A stretch of 64,000 nt of DNA from NCBI RefSeq assembly GCF_963921235.1, contig NC_086097.1:93312001-93376000 (forward strand), in the 5' to 3' direction. Made by a program: the position numbers and the translations under genes. Of the stretch, positions 34,251-48,300 are shown in pieces. The notes under the pieces were generated by a model that made no database searches, had not been told where the DNA came from, and saw nothing but the letters and a program-made list of their open reading frames with translations. Each line of letters begins with the position of its first letter. Position 1 is the stretch's first letter. This DNA comes from Mobula hypostoma. Lineage: Eukaryota.

Positions 34251-36070
34251 AAAGTCCAAATAAACAACATCCACTTCCTTACCCTCATCTACTTCTTGGT
34301 TCAGCACTCCTTCATTAGCTTCACCACTACTGATGTCAAGCTGATCAGACTGTAGTTCCCTAGCTTTTACTTGCTACCCTTTTTAAGCAATGGAACATTC
34401 AGGAACTTCACCAGAAGTTAGTATTAAAGCAATTATTTCCACAAGGGCCTCTCTCTAACCTTCCACAAAGTAGAAGGATGCACTTGGTCAGGCCCCGGCA
34501 TTTATCTACTTTAATGTGCTACAAGGCTGCCAATACCTTCTTCCAGATAATATGAATGTCCTCCAAAACATCTCTATTTGCTTCTCTTTTCCCTTGATTT
34601 TCTCTCAGTAAACACCAAGGAGAAATATTTCATAAAAATGCCACTCATCACTTGCACCTCTAGAAGCAAGCAGTGCTGTTGATCTTCAAGGGGACCTACT
34701 CCCACCCTAGCTACCCTTTTACACCTAGTTATACCTCACCTGCCAGATCCATCTCACACCAAATCTTGCCATTCTGATTTCTCTCTTAAGAGCATTCTTA
34801 ATCTTTTCATAGACATCAAGGGATTTGCTTGATCCTGATTTTTTAAACCAAATGTATGTTTTCTTCTTTCTCTTGACCAGAGCGTCAATATCTCTCATCA
34901 GCCATGGTTCCCAAATCTTGCCAGGTTTACCCCTCAGATGGACCTGGCCCATCCTTTTCCATCATTATCTAAAAGTAATAGAATTCTGGTTACTAGCGAC
35001 AAAGTGCTCCTCTAACTGTTACTTCAGTTTCTTACCCTGCCTCATTCCCGAAGATGAAGTCCATTATTACACCTTCCCAAATAGGACCCTCTAAATATTG
35101 TGTCAGGAAACTTTCCTCCACACATGGTTCAGTCAACACCACAGAAATTAAAATCTCCCACTAATATAACTATTATTCTTACAACCATGAGCAATTTCCC
35201 TACACATCTGCTCTCCAAATTCCCGCTGACTATTTGGGATGTATAATGCAGCTCAACTAGATTGACTCACCCTTCTTGTTTCTAAGTTTTAACCCGTATG
35301 GCCTCACTGGACAATCCCCCAAGAATGTCATCTCCAAGTAATGCTGTTAAGTTCCCCCCACCCCCATCAAAATGGCTACACCCCCTCTACACTTATTTGT
35401 ATCTCTGTCTCATCTGTATCTTGGAAAAATGAGATGCCCTTCTCTCAGTCCTGTTTTTCTGTCCCTTTCACTATCATGCCTCCTACTACTATAACCCTGT
35501 CCTTCCAATCTGAACCTCAGAGCCTGAACCTGATACTGCTGTTAGCCCCTGAAAGAACATCCCCCTCAACAGTATCCAAGGGTGGGGTAGAGAGGGAGAA
35601 TACCTCTTAGTGAGGGTTATGGCCAGAGGGAAACCCTGCACAAATTGCATAGACCCTTTACTATGCTTGGTGGTCACTCACCTATCTGAAGCCTGGACCC
35701 TACATGTGACTACCTCAATAAAAGTCTCATGTATGATGTTCTCAGTTTTCTAGATGATCAGCTCCGGTATGGGTGGTGATACTGTGCGGTACCACCAGCA
35801 CAACCTTAGTTTGTGTTACTTGTTAATGCCAAAGACACATTTCACCATGTGCTTCAATATACCATAAAATAAATAAATGAAACTCACTCCAAGTTGGATC
35901 TTGAGTACATCCAGCTCCGGCTCCAGCTCCAGTTCTGGTTCCAGTTCCTTGACCTGCTTTGGCAGAAGCTGTACCTGGGTATACTTCCCACAGATGCATT
36001 CATCAGGAATAGAGTGATTTTCTATTATCTTGCAACAGGAGTGTTCCACTGCCCTGACTACCATCCTACC
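34250..36070 (-). mobile_element. Old CR1 fragments (ORF2 and ORF1)
   Basis: EPWLMRDIDALVKRKK; ORF1-like CICGKYTQVQLL..VKELE. Confidence 0.7.
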
Positions 36071-36294
36071 TACAATGAATCAAGTTCTAAACATGAAAGG
36101 CAAGAATTTACCTTATCACCTATTTCCCCTTCACTGAAGGTCTCAGCTAACTAATCTCACAATTCCAAAACGCCAATCTACTTCATTTTATCTTCCTTTT
36201 ATTGCCTAAAGTACCTTCTAATTAACCAATTAATGACACATTTAGAGTTCCTGCTCTTACTCCAAACACCTGAGCTATTTATTCAGCCTCCCCA

Positions 36295-37402
36295 TCCCGT
36301 TCAAGGGAGGAGAAGATGGCAGTGCGATGCAGCTCTCCAGTGAAATGATATCGTATCTGTTAAATAGGGGCCATTGACAATTCTGATTTGATGAAGGCAG
36401 ATGTGAGAAGCAGAGGAACATCTGGAGAAAGTTCTGAAATGCCTGGTTCGCTGCTGTTGTTACTGTATGATCGAGAATCTCTGGAGGGTAGGCCCCAAAA
36501 TCCCTGGCTTTGCCTGCTGCTGGCGACCAAGACTGAGGTCGAAACATTCAGATAGAGATGGTGCTCGGTACTCAGTGTCGGAGGGCTGATCTGAGCTCGA
36601 AACTTTCGGATGACTCAGAGTCGGACTGTGGTCAGACATGGCAGGGAGAGTTTTCTTCCTTCTCCCGTCTGCGTGAGATGTGGAACTTCCGAGAAACTTC
36701 GAACTTTTTTACTGTGCCATAGACTGTTCTTCATCAAGTTATGGTATTATTGCACTGTTGTAACTACAAACCCCATTTCACAATAGTATGTACTGTAGAT
36801 GTTGAAAGACCTAAATTCTCTGCAATCTTGCATTGAGAAATGTTCCTTTTGAACTGACTAACAATTCTCTCATGAATTTTGGCACAAAGGGGTGAGTCAT
36901 GACCCATCCTTGCTTGCAAAGACTGTGCCTTTGACGGACGCTACTTTTATACCCAGTCATGATACCTCACCTGCTACCAATTAGCCTGCTTAATGTGGAG
37001 AATATTCTGTGCACTTTTCAATCTTATTTTAACTCTGTCCCAACTTTTGTTGAGTGTGTTGCAGCCATCAAATTCTAAATTTGTGTATGTTTACAAAATA
37101 CAATTAAGTTGGTCAGTAAGACTATTGAAAATCTTTTCTTTGTACTTTTGTCAGCTAAATAAAGGTTCACGTGAATTAACATATCCCAGATTTTTGTTTT
37201 TATTGCATTTTGGAAAATATCCCAACTTTTCTGGAAATGGGGTTTGTATATGTTATAATTATGTGGTTTTGTTAGTTTTTCAGTCTTGGTCTGTCCTGTG
37301 TTTCTGTGATATCACACCAGAGGAATATTGTATCATTTCTTAATGCATACATTACTAAATGACAATAAAAGAGGACTGTGTGTCCTCATAATCTAATCTA
37401 AT
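36295..37402 (+). mobile_element. Non-autonomous LINE-related element with a (CTAAT)n tail, hosting a Tc1 MITE
   Basis: GAAGATGGC 5' start; Rex-like AT-rich 3' UTR ending GACAATAAA..ATCTAATCTAATC. Confidence 0.55.
36767..37246. mobile_element. Internally deleted Tc1-type element
   Basis: TA-CAAACCCCATTTC...GAAATGGGGTTTG-TA terminal inverted repeats. Confidence 0.85.
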
Positions 37403-37439
37403 CCTGATACCAGTTCATTGTTACAATGAACACCCCACT

Positions 37440-38370
37440 ACTTCTTGCGAAGTTTAATGGAGGTTGGCAGGTGTATTACCATCACCTATTGAGTTGGAAG
37501 GTGGAGCAGAGACAGGAAGTATACCCACTAAATTCTCCCTCCCCACCCCCAAAATAAATCCTCAAATAATATCAAAACATGCTTTGATAGCAGTGGTATC
37601 TGAAAAAACTTTCCATGTTAAACTATGTCTGTTCTAAAGACTCAATTTAGTAATTGAATGTTTCCCTGCACCTCATACGCACTGCATTCAAACAACATGT
37701 TGCACCTGTTTCTTGACAAATGCACCTCCTACAAATGCCCATACCGTGCATATTAATTCAGAACAAGGAATTATACAACTTAATTTCCTTCAATCCCCAA
37801 CTTGGGCAGGAACCCTATCTGTCTTACAGTTTCAAATACTTCCTTTAAATAGATGTCAAAACCAAGAATGAATCAGAACACAGAAGTACATAATTAGGAT
37901 GCACCTTTGACCCATTCCAAGGCAAAAAATGGCAACCATCTCAGATGTGCATACTGATACATTGTCTGATAATCTTTTCTTAATAGCCATGTGAAACTTT
38001 GGAACATGAATAGAAACAACAGAACAACCTGGATTTTTTGAACCATCTATGTAGTTGTGTAAGAATCTATAATATATGCTTTGCATATATTGCTGAACTT
38101 CCAGTACCGCAGATAAACAATCACTCCTCATTTTGATCATTTCCGGAAAGACAGGCAAAAGGAAAAAGCATGGAAGAGTGACATATAAAGGTACAATGGG
38201 ACCATAATCTACATTAAACAACCCAAGATTTTGTTCCCATTCATTACCCATCCACCCAAATCTGAAGATCTTAAAAATACAGTACTCCCAACACTTTAAT
38301 AATGTTGCCAATATTGGATGACCAACTTTATGTCCTCTTACATTAACCCAATAAACCATTACTAACTGGT
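37440..38370 (-). mobile_element. Old Nimb/I-clade LINE, RNase H and 3' end; its RT piece lies at about 40520-40860
   Basis: YIDGSK..KKRLSDNVSVCTSEMVAI RNase H; tail TAGGTGATGGTAATACACC; WGFKFSVVKT..KFLGMWMDKSLTW at 40600-40765. Confidence 0.75.
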
Positions 38371-38764
38371 TCAGATCGAAGGACTCACTTCGGTTTGGAA
38401 GGTTGTTGCCTGCTTCTATTATTTGCGTGATTTATCTCTTTTCCCCTTTTCTCTGTGCATCACGTGTTGGTCTTTAGTTTATCCGTTTTAATTGCGTTCT
38501 TTCAGGTTTCTTGCTTTGTGGCTGGCTGTAAGCAAACAAATCTCAAGGTTGTGTAATTTTTATATTCTGTGATAATAAATGTACTTTGAAACGTGAAATT
38601 AACTGTAACCTGCATAGATGTAAAGGTACTTCATCAATAATGCTAAAATCAGGGATGATTTAATAGCACCACAACATAATCTCAATGCTTCAGTTTGAAC
38701 TTTATCTAATGGCTTTAAGACTGCTGCCCCATACACAACACATCCATAAAGACAGATCTGATTA

Positions 38765-40485
38765 AAATGGCAGACGAGTTGAACAGGTACTTTGGATCTG
38801 TCTTCGCTAGGGAAGACACAAACAATCTCCCAGATGTAATAGTGGCCAAAAGACCTAGGGTAATGGATGAATTGATATTAGGCAGGAAATGGTGTTGGAT
38901 AGGCTGTTGGGTCTAAAGGCTGACAAGTTCCTGGGACCTGATGGTCTGCATCCCAGGGTACTTAAGAAGGTGGCTTTAGAAATCGTGGACGCATTGGTAA
39001 TCATTTTCCAATGTTCTATAGATTCAGGATCAGTTCCTGTGGATTGGAGGGTGGCTAATGTTGCCCCTCTCTTCAAGAAGGGAGGAAGAGAGAAAACAGG
39101 GAATTATAGACCGGTTAGCCTGACGTTGGTGGTGGGAAAGATGCTGGAGTCAATTATAAAAGATGAAATTATGACACATCTGGATAGTAGTAACAGGATT
39201 GGTCCGAGTCAGCATGGATTTACGAAGGGGAAATCGTGCTTGACTAATCTTCTGGAATTTTTTGAGGATGTAACTATGAAAATGGACAAGGGAAAGCCAG
39301 TGGGTGTAGTGTTCCTGGACTTTCAGAAAGCCTTTGATAAAGTCCCACATAGGAGATTAGTGGGCAAAATTAGGGCACATGGTATTGGGGGCAGAGTACT
39401 GACATGGATTGAAAATTGGCTGGCTGACAGAAAACAAAGAATAGCAATTAACAGGTCCCTTTTGGAATGGCAGGCGGTGACCAGTGGGGTACCGCAGGGT
39501 TCAGTGCTCGGACTGCAGCTGTTTACAATATATATTAATGATTTAGATGAGGGAATTAAAAGTAACATTAGCAAATTTGCCAATGACACAAAGCTGGGAG
39601 GCAGTGTGAAATGTGAGGAGGATGTTATGAGAATGCAGGGTGACTTGGACAGGCTGGGTGAGTGGGCAGATGCAGTTTAATGTGGATAAACGTGAGGTTA
39701 TCCACTTTGGTGGTAAGAATGGGAAGGCAGATTATTATCTAAATGGAGTCAAGTTAGGAAAAGGGGAAGCACAACGAGATCTAGGTGCTCTTGTACATCA
39801 GTCACTGAAAGCAAGCATGCAAGTACAGCAGGCAGTGAAAAAGGCTAATGGCATGCTGGCCTTCATAACAAGGGGAATTGAGTACAAGAGCAAAGAGGTC
39901 CTTCTGCAGCTATACAGGGCCCTGGTGAGACCACACCTGGAGTACCGTGTGCAGTTTTGGTCTCCAAATTTGAGGAAGGATATTCTTGCTATTGAGGGAG
40001 TGCAGCGTAGGTTCACAAGGTTAATTCCCGGGATGGCGGGACTGTCATATGTCGAAAGATTGGAGCGACTTGGCTTGTATACTCTGGAATTTAGAAGGCT
40101 GAGAGGGGATCTTATTGAAACATATAAGATTATTAAGGGATTGGACACGCTGCAGGCAGGAAGCATGTTCCCGCTGATGGGTGGGTCCAGAACCAGAGGC
40201 CACAGTTTAAGAATTAGGGGTAGGCCATTTAGAATGGAGTTGAGGAAAAACTTTTTCACCCAGAGAGTGGTGGATATATGGAATGCTCTGCCCCAGAAGG
40301 CTGTGGAGGCCAAGTCTCTGGATGCTTTCAAAAAAGAGATGGATAGAGCTCTTAAAGATAGTGGAATCAAAGGTTATGGGGATAAGGCAGGAACTGGATA
40401 CTGATAGTGCATGATCAGCCATGATCACAGTGAATGGCGGTGCTGGCTTGAAGGGCCAAATGGCCTACTCCTGCACCTATTGTCT
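38765..40485 (+). mobile_element. Young 5'-truncated CR1 LINE with one frameshift near 39670
   Basis: ORFs 38889-39680 and 39640-40404 together give RT plus C-terminus; FADD motif changed to FAND. Confidence 0.92.
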
Positions 40486-41339
40486 AAAGCAATATACTGT
40501 GTATTTGTTTAATGACCTACTTACATCCCAATCACACCCAACAAACCACCTGAGCTCATTAAGGGCTTTTTTATACTTCTCTAGAATTTTATTCACATCC
40601 ACCTTCCACGTTAGGCTTTTGTCCATCCACATACCTAGAAACTTTACCACTGACTTTTGTTTAAGAGATTTACCATATAGTTTGAGATCAATTGTGGGTG
40701 TAATGTTCCTTTTAGAAAAACAAATAATGAGAGTCTTTACAACAGAAAATTTAAACCCCCATCAACGTCCCAATTCCTCTACTTCATTAGTAGCTGCCTG
40801 CATTTTCCTCACTGTAGAATTTATATTCCTGCCTCTCTTCCACATTGTCAGCCTATAATGATTTTGAAATGTCTAAATTATCTGTACAATGGGAGTAGAT
40901 GTGCATCAGAATAAGGGTTCTCATATCCTCAGACTGGGATGTATTTATACTTAAGAGAATTGATGCAGGGTGGTCACACCAAATATTAATTTGTAAAGTT
41001 TTTCTTTAACTTGTTTACTGCTCCAGTGGATATATTACACTGAAGGAATATTTTAACTTAAACCACTGATTGTTTTATTGAGAAAGCACATTACTTTTGT
41101 ACTTTTTTGTTTATGTGAAATGTACCCCCAATTATAGAAAGACTCATAGAGTAATTCTTTGATACTTGGAAACTTTTAATGTCATTATTTTGAAAGCATC
41201 TTCACTTTACAGAACTTTTTAAACACGTGCCTAAGACTGTTGCACAGTAATGGAGGAGGTAACACATGCATATGGATAAAAGACTTATTAGCTAACAAGA
41301 AAAAAAAGACTTGACATAACTGGATCTTTGTCCCACACA

Positions 41340-42305
41340 AAGTCCATATCACTCTTTTTTTCTGTACATTCATATGTCTATCTCAGGGTGTTTTAAACCC
41401 CTTTATTGTATCTTCCTTCACTACTGCCCCTGGCAGTGCATTCCAGACCCTCAGCACTCTGTTTAAAGAGTACAAGATATTCTACAGATACTGGAAATCC
41501 AGAGCAGTGTACGCAAAATGCTGGAGGAACTCAGAAGGTCGAGTAGCAACAATGGAGAGGAATAAAAAGCTGTCATTTTGCGCGAAGATCCTCTCCATAG
41601 AAGCTGCCTAAAGTGATGTGTTCCTCCAACATTTTGTATGAATTACTCTGTTTAAAAAAAAATCTTGCCCCCATATTTATTTAAACTTACCCTATCTCAC
41701 TTTAACTGCATGTCCTGTAGTATTATAAATTTCAAACGTGGAAATAAGGTACTGGTTGTCTACCTTATCTATGCCTCTCGTATTCTTATAAACTTCTAGA
41801 ATGTCTCCTTTCAGCCTTCAACACTCCAGTGTACACAAGTGAAGTTTGTCCAACCTTCCTTACAGCACATGCCCTCTAATCCAGGTAGTATCCTGGTAAA
41901 CCCCTTCTGCACCCTCTCTTCAAATCTTCCTATAACTGAGGCAACCAGAATTGAATGCAATACTGCAGACTTATAAAGCTGTAACATAACTTCTTCATTC
42001 TTGAATTCGAGGCCTCAACTAATAAAGGCAAGCATGCCGTACCCCTTCTCCATCACCCGATCAATCAGTGCAACCACTTGGACCCCAAGATCCTTCTATA
42101 CCCTGTTAAAGGTCCAGCCATTAACTGCGTACTGTCCCTTTACATTTAATTTCCCAAAGTGGAACACCTCATACTCAGCTGGATTAAACTCCATCAGCCA
42201 TTTCTCGACCCATATCTGTAACTGATCTATATCCTTTGTTACATACTCCATTGCATCGTCAGTGAACTTACTAACCCTCCGATCCACATTTTCATCCAAG
42301 TCATT
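41340..42305 (-). mobile_element. Old CR1 3' fragment
   Basis: VSKFTDD..WVEKWLMEFNPAEYEVFHFG. Confidence 0.75.
41468..41644. mobile_element. Fold-back Penelope-like insertion
   Basis: 12-bp TSD ACTCTGTTTAAA (41456-41467, 41645-41656); inverted CAAAATGCTGGAGGAAC / GTTCCTCCAACATTTTG. Confidence 0.7.
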
Positions 42306-43242
42306 TCAAGATTCAAGAGTGTTTATTGTTATTATGATAATCATTAAGGGAGCTCACACTGCTCTTCATGTTACTTGTCATCTGTAATTTGTTTGAGAAT
42401 GTACAGGGTATGGATAGTAAGTTTGCAGCAAGTTCAAGCAATTATGTTTTTGAAAAACAGTAAGTATAAACACTCCCCTCTGTTTCCTTGTCCCCATTCA
42501 GCCTCGCCCTCTCCTTACTGCCTTCCCTCTTACCCCCACATTGGACACAAGTTCAGGGTAAAAAGTGAAATATTTGAGGGGAATCTGAAGGGAAAGTCTG
42601 GTGAGAGTGTGGAATGAGCTGCCAGCAGAAGTGGTGGATGTGGGAATTGTTTTAGACTCTAAAGAGAAATTTGGGTGAAACATGGATGGGATGTGTATGG
42701 AGGCTATGGTGCAGGTAGTTGGAAATAGGCAGTAAAAACTAAAACAGGTCGGCATTGACTAGAAAGGGCCTGTTTCAGTGCTGCTCGGCTCCGTGACTCT
42801 AATAATATCCTTCAGCACGAGTGTAAAGAACAAAATGATTGTTACTTCAGATCCCATGCAGCAAAAACCGCATAAATTTACATATATCATAAAGAACAAT
42901 GCATAATTTTTGCACTATTTATTTTATAATTTATATTAATTTTATGTATTTGCAATGTATTACTGCTACAGAACATATCATAAAACAGTGATTATAAACC
43001 TGATTCTATGTTCCTGAAGAACACCATTAGTCAAAGACCTCCAACAAGAATAAGTCCCATCAATCCACTATTCTCTGTCTCCTATAGGCAAGCCATTTCT
43101 GATTGCAAATGGCTAAATCACAGTGGATTCCATCTTTGGATGAACCTACTAAATTTAGGTTTTGTAAATTTAGTTGATTTCATCTTGGGTACTAGCCTAC
43201 AAAGTACTCAGGACATCTTCAGGGAGCGGTGTCTCAGAAAGG

Positions 43243-44135
43243 CACAGAGTCTTGCCATTTTCAGAAGTTTTCTGATGACTCTGCCATAGTTGGATGCATC
43301 AGCAAGGGAGATAAGGCTGAGTACAGGGCTACAGTAGGAAACTTTGTCACATGGTGTGAGCAGAATTATCTGCAGCTTAATGTGAAAAAGACTAAGGAGC
43401 TGGTGGTAGACCTGAGGAGAGCTAAGGTACCGGTGACCCCTGTTTCCATCCAGGGGGTCAGTGTGGACATGGTGGAGGATTACAAATACCTGGGGATACA
43501 AATTGACGATAAACTGGACTGGTCAAAGAACACTGAGGCTGTCTACAAGAAGGGTCAGAGCCGTCTTTATGTCTGGAGGAGACTGAGGTCCTTTAACATC
43601 TGTTGGACGATGCTGAGGATATTCTACAAGTCTGTGGTGGCCAGTGCAATCATGTTTGCTGTTGTGTGCTAGGGCAGCAGGCTGAGGGTGGCAGACACCA
43701 ACAGAATCAACAAACTCATTCGTAAGGCCAGTGATGTTGTGGGGATGGAACTGGACTCTCTCACGGTGGTGTCTGAAAAGAGGATGCTGTCCAAGTTGCA
43801 TGCCATCTTGGACAAAGTCTACCATCCACTACATAATGTACTGGGTGGGCACAGGAGTACATTCAGCCAAAGACCCATTCCACCGAGATGCAACACTGAG
43901 CGTCATAGGAAGTCATTCCTGCCTGTGGCCATCAAACTTTACAACTCCTCCCTTGGAGGGTCAGACACCCTGAGCCAATAGGCTGGTCCTGGACTTATTT
44001 CCGTATGGCATAATTTACATATTATTATTTATGGTTTTATATTGCTATATTTATACTCCATTCTTGGTTGGTGCAACTGTAACGAAACCCAATTTCCCTT
44101 GGGATCAATAAAGTATGTCTATCTATCTATCTATT
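43243..44135 (+). mobile_element. Rex/Babar LINE 3' part, nested in an older Rex1 tail (about 43170-44520)
   Basis: QKFSDDSAIVGCI..LNVKKTKELVVD..YKYLG; RKSFLPVAIKLYN; (TCTA)n tail. Confidence 0.88.
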
Positions 44136-44821
44136 ATTAACATAGAAACATAGAAGGACCTCCAGCACCCAGGGCATGCCCTTTTCTCACTGTTTCCATC
44201 AGGTAGGAGGTACAGAAACCTGAAGGCACACACTCAGCAATTCAGAGACAGCTTCTTCCCCTCTGCCATACGATTCCTAAAAGGACATTGAACCCATGAA
44301 CACTAGCTCACTTTTTAAAAAAATATATAGTATTTCTGGTTTTTTGCATGAGTTTTAATCTATTCAATATACATATACAGTATAAAGTATACAGAATAAG
44401 ATTTACTTATTTATTATTACTGTATTAGTATTTTTTTCTATACTATGTATTGCATTGAACTGCCACTACTAAGTTAACAAATTTCATGTTACATGCCAGT
44501 GATAATAAACCTGATTCTGATACTATGAGACGTCTTGTCAGATGCCCAATTATCACCTATTAGAGTTAAGATACCAAAGGTACAGATCCTAAATTGCTGA
44601 TAACAAAAATATAAGTATGCAAGTAAATTGTGAAGGGAAAAGAAGGATTTCAATATGTTGAGAAAATTTTGCCTGGCAAAAGAAGGATAAGTTCTACGTC
44701 TGAAATAGAAACAAAAATATATATTTAACTACTCAAGCAGGTCAGACCACATGAACAGGGTTAATGTTTCAAAATAAATGCTGCTGGAGCTACACAGCAG
44801 TTTGAGCAGCATCTGTGGAAA

Positions 44822-45277
44822 ACAAACATGAGGAAATCTGCAGATGCTGGAAATTCAAGCAACACACAGAAAATGCTGGTGAAATGCAACAGGCCAGGCA
44901 GCATCTATAGGAACAGGTACAGTCGACGTTTCGGGTCGAAACCCTTCGTCAGGACGAAGGGAAAAAAGAGATAGTAAGAGATTTAGAAGACAGGAGGGGG
45001 AGGGATGAAGCCAAGAGCTGGGAAGTAGATTGGCAAAAGGGTTACAAGGCTGGAGAAGGGGGAGTATCATGGGACGGAAGGCCTTGAAAGAAAGAGACGG
45101 GGAGAGGAGCACCAGAGGAAGATGGAGAACAGGCAAGGAGTTATTGTGAGAGGGAAAGAGAGAAGAAGATAAATAAATAGCGATGGGGGTAAGAAGGGGA
45201 GGAGGGGCATTAACGGAAGTTAGAGAAATCAATGTTCATGCCATCAGGTTGGAGGCTACCCAAACGAAATATAAGTT
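44822..45277 (-). mobile_element. Penelope-like element 3' fragment
   Basis: Same terminus as 51905 and 59676; purine-rich tract; carries a hammerhead. Confidence 0.8.
44922..44955 (-). ncRNA. Minimal hammerhead ribozyme motif (Penelope type)
   Basis: Minus strand GUC-CUGACGA-AGGGUUUCGACCC-GAAA-C-GUC-GAC: CUGANGA/GAAA core, stem II, palindromic ACGU, GUC site. Confidence 0.75.
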
Positions 45278-45302
45278 GATGTCTTGACATATGACTGAGA
45301 AT

Positions 45303-48300
45303 CTTCTTCTTCTTCTATTTCTGGCAGTTTAGACACATCTAGGCGTATTACTGCCCTCCGCAGGATGTATAATTAATTATCGAACTTCAAGAAACTCAAA
45401 TTCTCTAATATAAACTAGGTACACGTATAAACTGAATAATAAACTCTTCAATTATATAGTGGTTCTCTTGGTGGCCATGCAAATATTTAATAGAAAAACA
45501 AAATACATTTTAAGTCAGATATCCTCATGAACAATGCTTCTTTCAATTTTATATTGATTACAACTCAGCAAAACAAGCTAAGTCTTCCTCAGTCTCTGGA
45601 CTCACACAGTCACATAACCCAGCAGGATGTTTTCTTACTATCTTTAAATAATAGTTTAGTTCACAATGCCCCAACCTAAGTCTTGCTAATTTCACCATAT
45701 CTCTACAATTTAAAAAGTAACAGTCTGAGACCTTTTTAACTAGGTGACTAGAAAAGAAATGCCTTCCCTTTAATTCATTTTTCCAATCCTCCTGCCACTT
45801 CTTCTCTATACCTTTTTTAATCCTACTTCTCAATTCTGCTCTGCTTGGGGTACTCTAATTTCTACTTGCCTGCTCTGTAAAGAAGACTTTGCAACGCCAT
45901 CCACAATTTCATTTCCCTCCACCCCAGCATGCCCAGGTATCCATGAAAATCTAACTGCACATCCCATCTTCCCTACTCTAAACAAAACTAAGAATCTCAA
46001 TAACTATGTCAGGACGAGCTTTTGATTTATTCCCGTTTATAGTCTCTAAGGCACCAGCAGAATCCGAACAGATGTTAACCCTGCATGGTCGAGAGTCTTC
46101 TATCCACCATAAGGCCCAGAGGATTGCTAATAATTCTGTTGCAAAGGCAGAAACACCATCTGAAACCCAGTGACTAATCTTAACTCCAAGTTGAGACACA
46201 TACATCCCAAATCCTGCCCTACTGCTCTCTGGGTCCACTGAGCCATCAATAAAAATCTTCAGATAAGATCCCCATTTATTATTTAAATATTCATTTATGA
46301 TCAACGCCGTTGAAATTGCTCTGCTTCCTTGAAGCTGAAAAAGGAGGAATAGGTCTACTTCTGGTTCTGGAAAGAGCCAAAAAGGGATGGGTGGCAAGCA
46401 AATTTGGTCAGCTCTGTCTTCCTCAGTCAGTTCCAATTTCACAGCCCAGTTATTAACCAAATATAAAAATGGATATCTCTTAATATTATTTTGGCACTCT
46501 GACTTCCCCTGCAAAAGACACTTTGGCAGACAGCTGTGATTGAAGCCATTTAGTTTTGCCCAATACTGCAGGCCCAACTGAACTCCTCTTAAATGTAGAG
46601 GCACTTCTCCCATCTCCACACATAATGCAGGGACTGATGTTGTTCTAAAAGCTCCACAACAGAGTCTAAGTGCTTTGGACTGAACAGTGTCTAATTTTTC
46701 AAGCACTGCCGTAGCAGTGGAACCATAAGCAATACAACCATAATCAATAACTGATCTAATCATAGCTGGATATATTAAGTACATAGTTTCCTGCCCTGCT
46801 CCCCAGTCACATCCAGCAATACTTCTCATAACATTTAAAACTTTCTCACACTTTCCAATTGTTTTATCTATATGAACCCTCCAATTAAGTCTTTCATCAA
46901 ACCAGACACCTAAAACTTGAATACCTTGACTTTTTCTAAGGGAGAATCATATAGACACAATTCACAATCAGGAATCTTTCATCTAAAGCCAAAAATCATG
47001 CATTTGGACTTAGAAGCAGAAATCCTGAAACCGCATTTATTTGCCCAGTTTTCAACTGATCTTAAAGCCTTTTGTACCTGCCTTAATATACACTTGACAT
47101 TTCTTCCTCTTTCAGATTACACCATCGTCTGCAAACAATGATTTGCCAAATCCTGTCCCTACCTGATCAAAGATATTGTTTATCATGACATTAAAAAGAA
47201 CTGGACTAATGACGCTTCCATTACCTATTTTAACTGACTTAGAGCTTGTTCCGCCTATCCTTACTTGAATTGTCCTTTCCTTAAGAAATCTTTGCTCCAA
47301 TTAAAATTTCTACCTCTAATTCCCGCATCATAGAGTTTAATTAATAAACCATCCTTCCATAGTGGGTCATATGCTCTTTCAATATCTAGAAATACACTTA
47401 GCATTACTTCTCTATTTTGAAACTTTTTTTAATATCATGATATAAAAGGGCAACAGCTTCCATTGTTGATCTTCCAGTTCTAAAACCATTTTGATAGGCA
47501 GCAAAATGTCCCTTATTTTCTAAAAAAAAAACAGACTTGTTGGTGACCATTCGTTCCATAGTTTTACAAAGCACTGATGTTAAAGCTATAGGCCGATATG
47601 AACTAGGACTAGACGCATCTTTACCTGGCTTTAAAACTGGAACTACCACCACATGCTTCCATTCTACTGGTAATTTACCTGCTTTCCACACTGAATTAAA
47701 TAATGCTAGCATTTCTATTAATACAGAGCCATCTAAATGCTTACGCAATTCATAACACAGTCCATCCCTACATGAAATGTTTGAACCTGTTTGGACAGCC
47801 TCCAGCAATTCCTGAACGGAGAAAAACAAATTATCAGAGCTATTACCATCCAAACTCCTGTCCAATTTCCAACTTTCCTTTAACATAATTTCCTTTCTCA
47901 AATCATCTGGATGTCCAGAACTGTGTAACGCTTGGAACACCTCTACAAACATATTAGCTTTTTCCTTATTGGTTACAGCTTCAATATCTCCTTCCAGCAA
48001 AGCTGGGTTAGATGGTTTTCTATATATCCCTGACATTCTGTGAATGATCGTCCATAGCTGCTTTATAAGTGTCTCAGGGCCCAGGGTTCCACAAAATCCT
48101 GTCCAACTATCCCTCTTTGCATTTTTAATTACTCTCCTTGCTACTGCTCTTTCCTTTTTATACTCTATAACATTATCTAACACTGGGTACTTTCTTAATT
48201 TCCTGTAAACTCTATTTTTGTTTCTTAGTATATCAATTTTTATTCCACCACGGAACTAATGCTCGAGCCTCAGGAACATTCCATAGCGGAATAGTCAACT

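Noticed and set aside
35909..35948. Hexamer repeat encoding ELEPELELEPELD
   Set aside because: Slippage expansion within a CR1 ORF1 relic
39798..40370. 190-aa minus-strand ORF and similar antisense ORFs
   Set aside because: Antisense shadows of LINE ORF2
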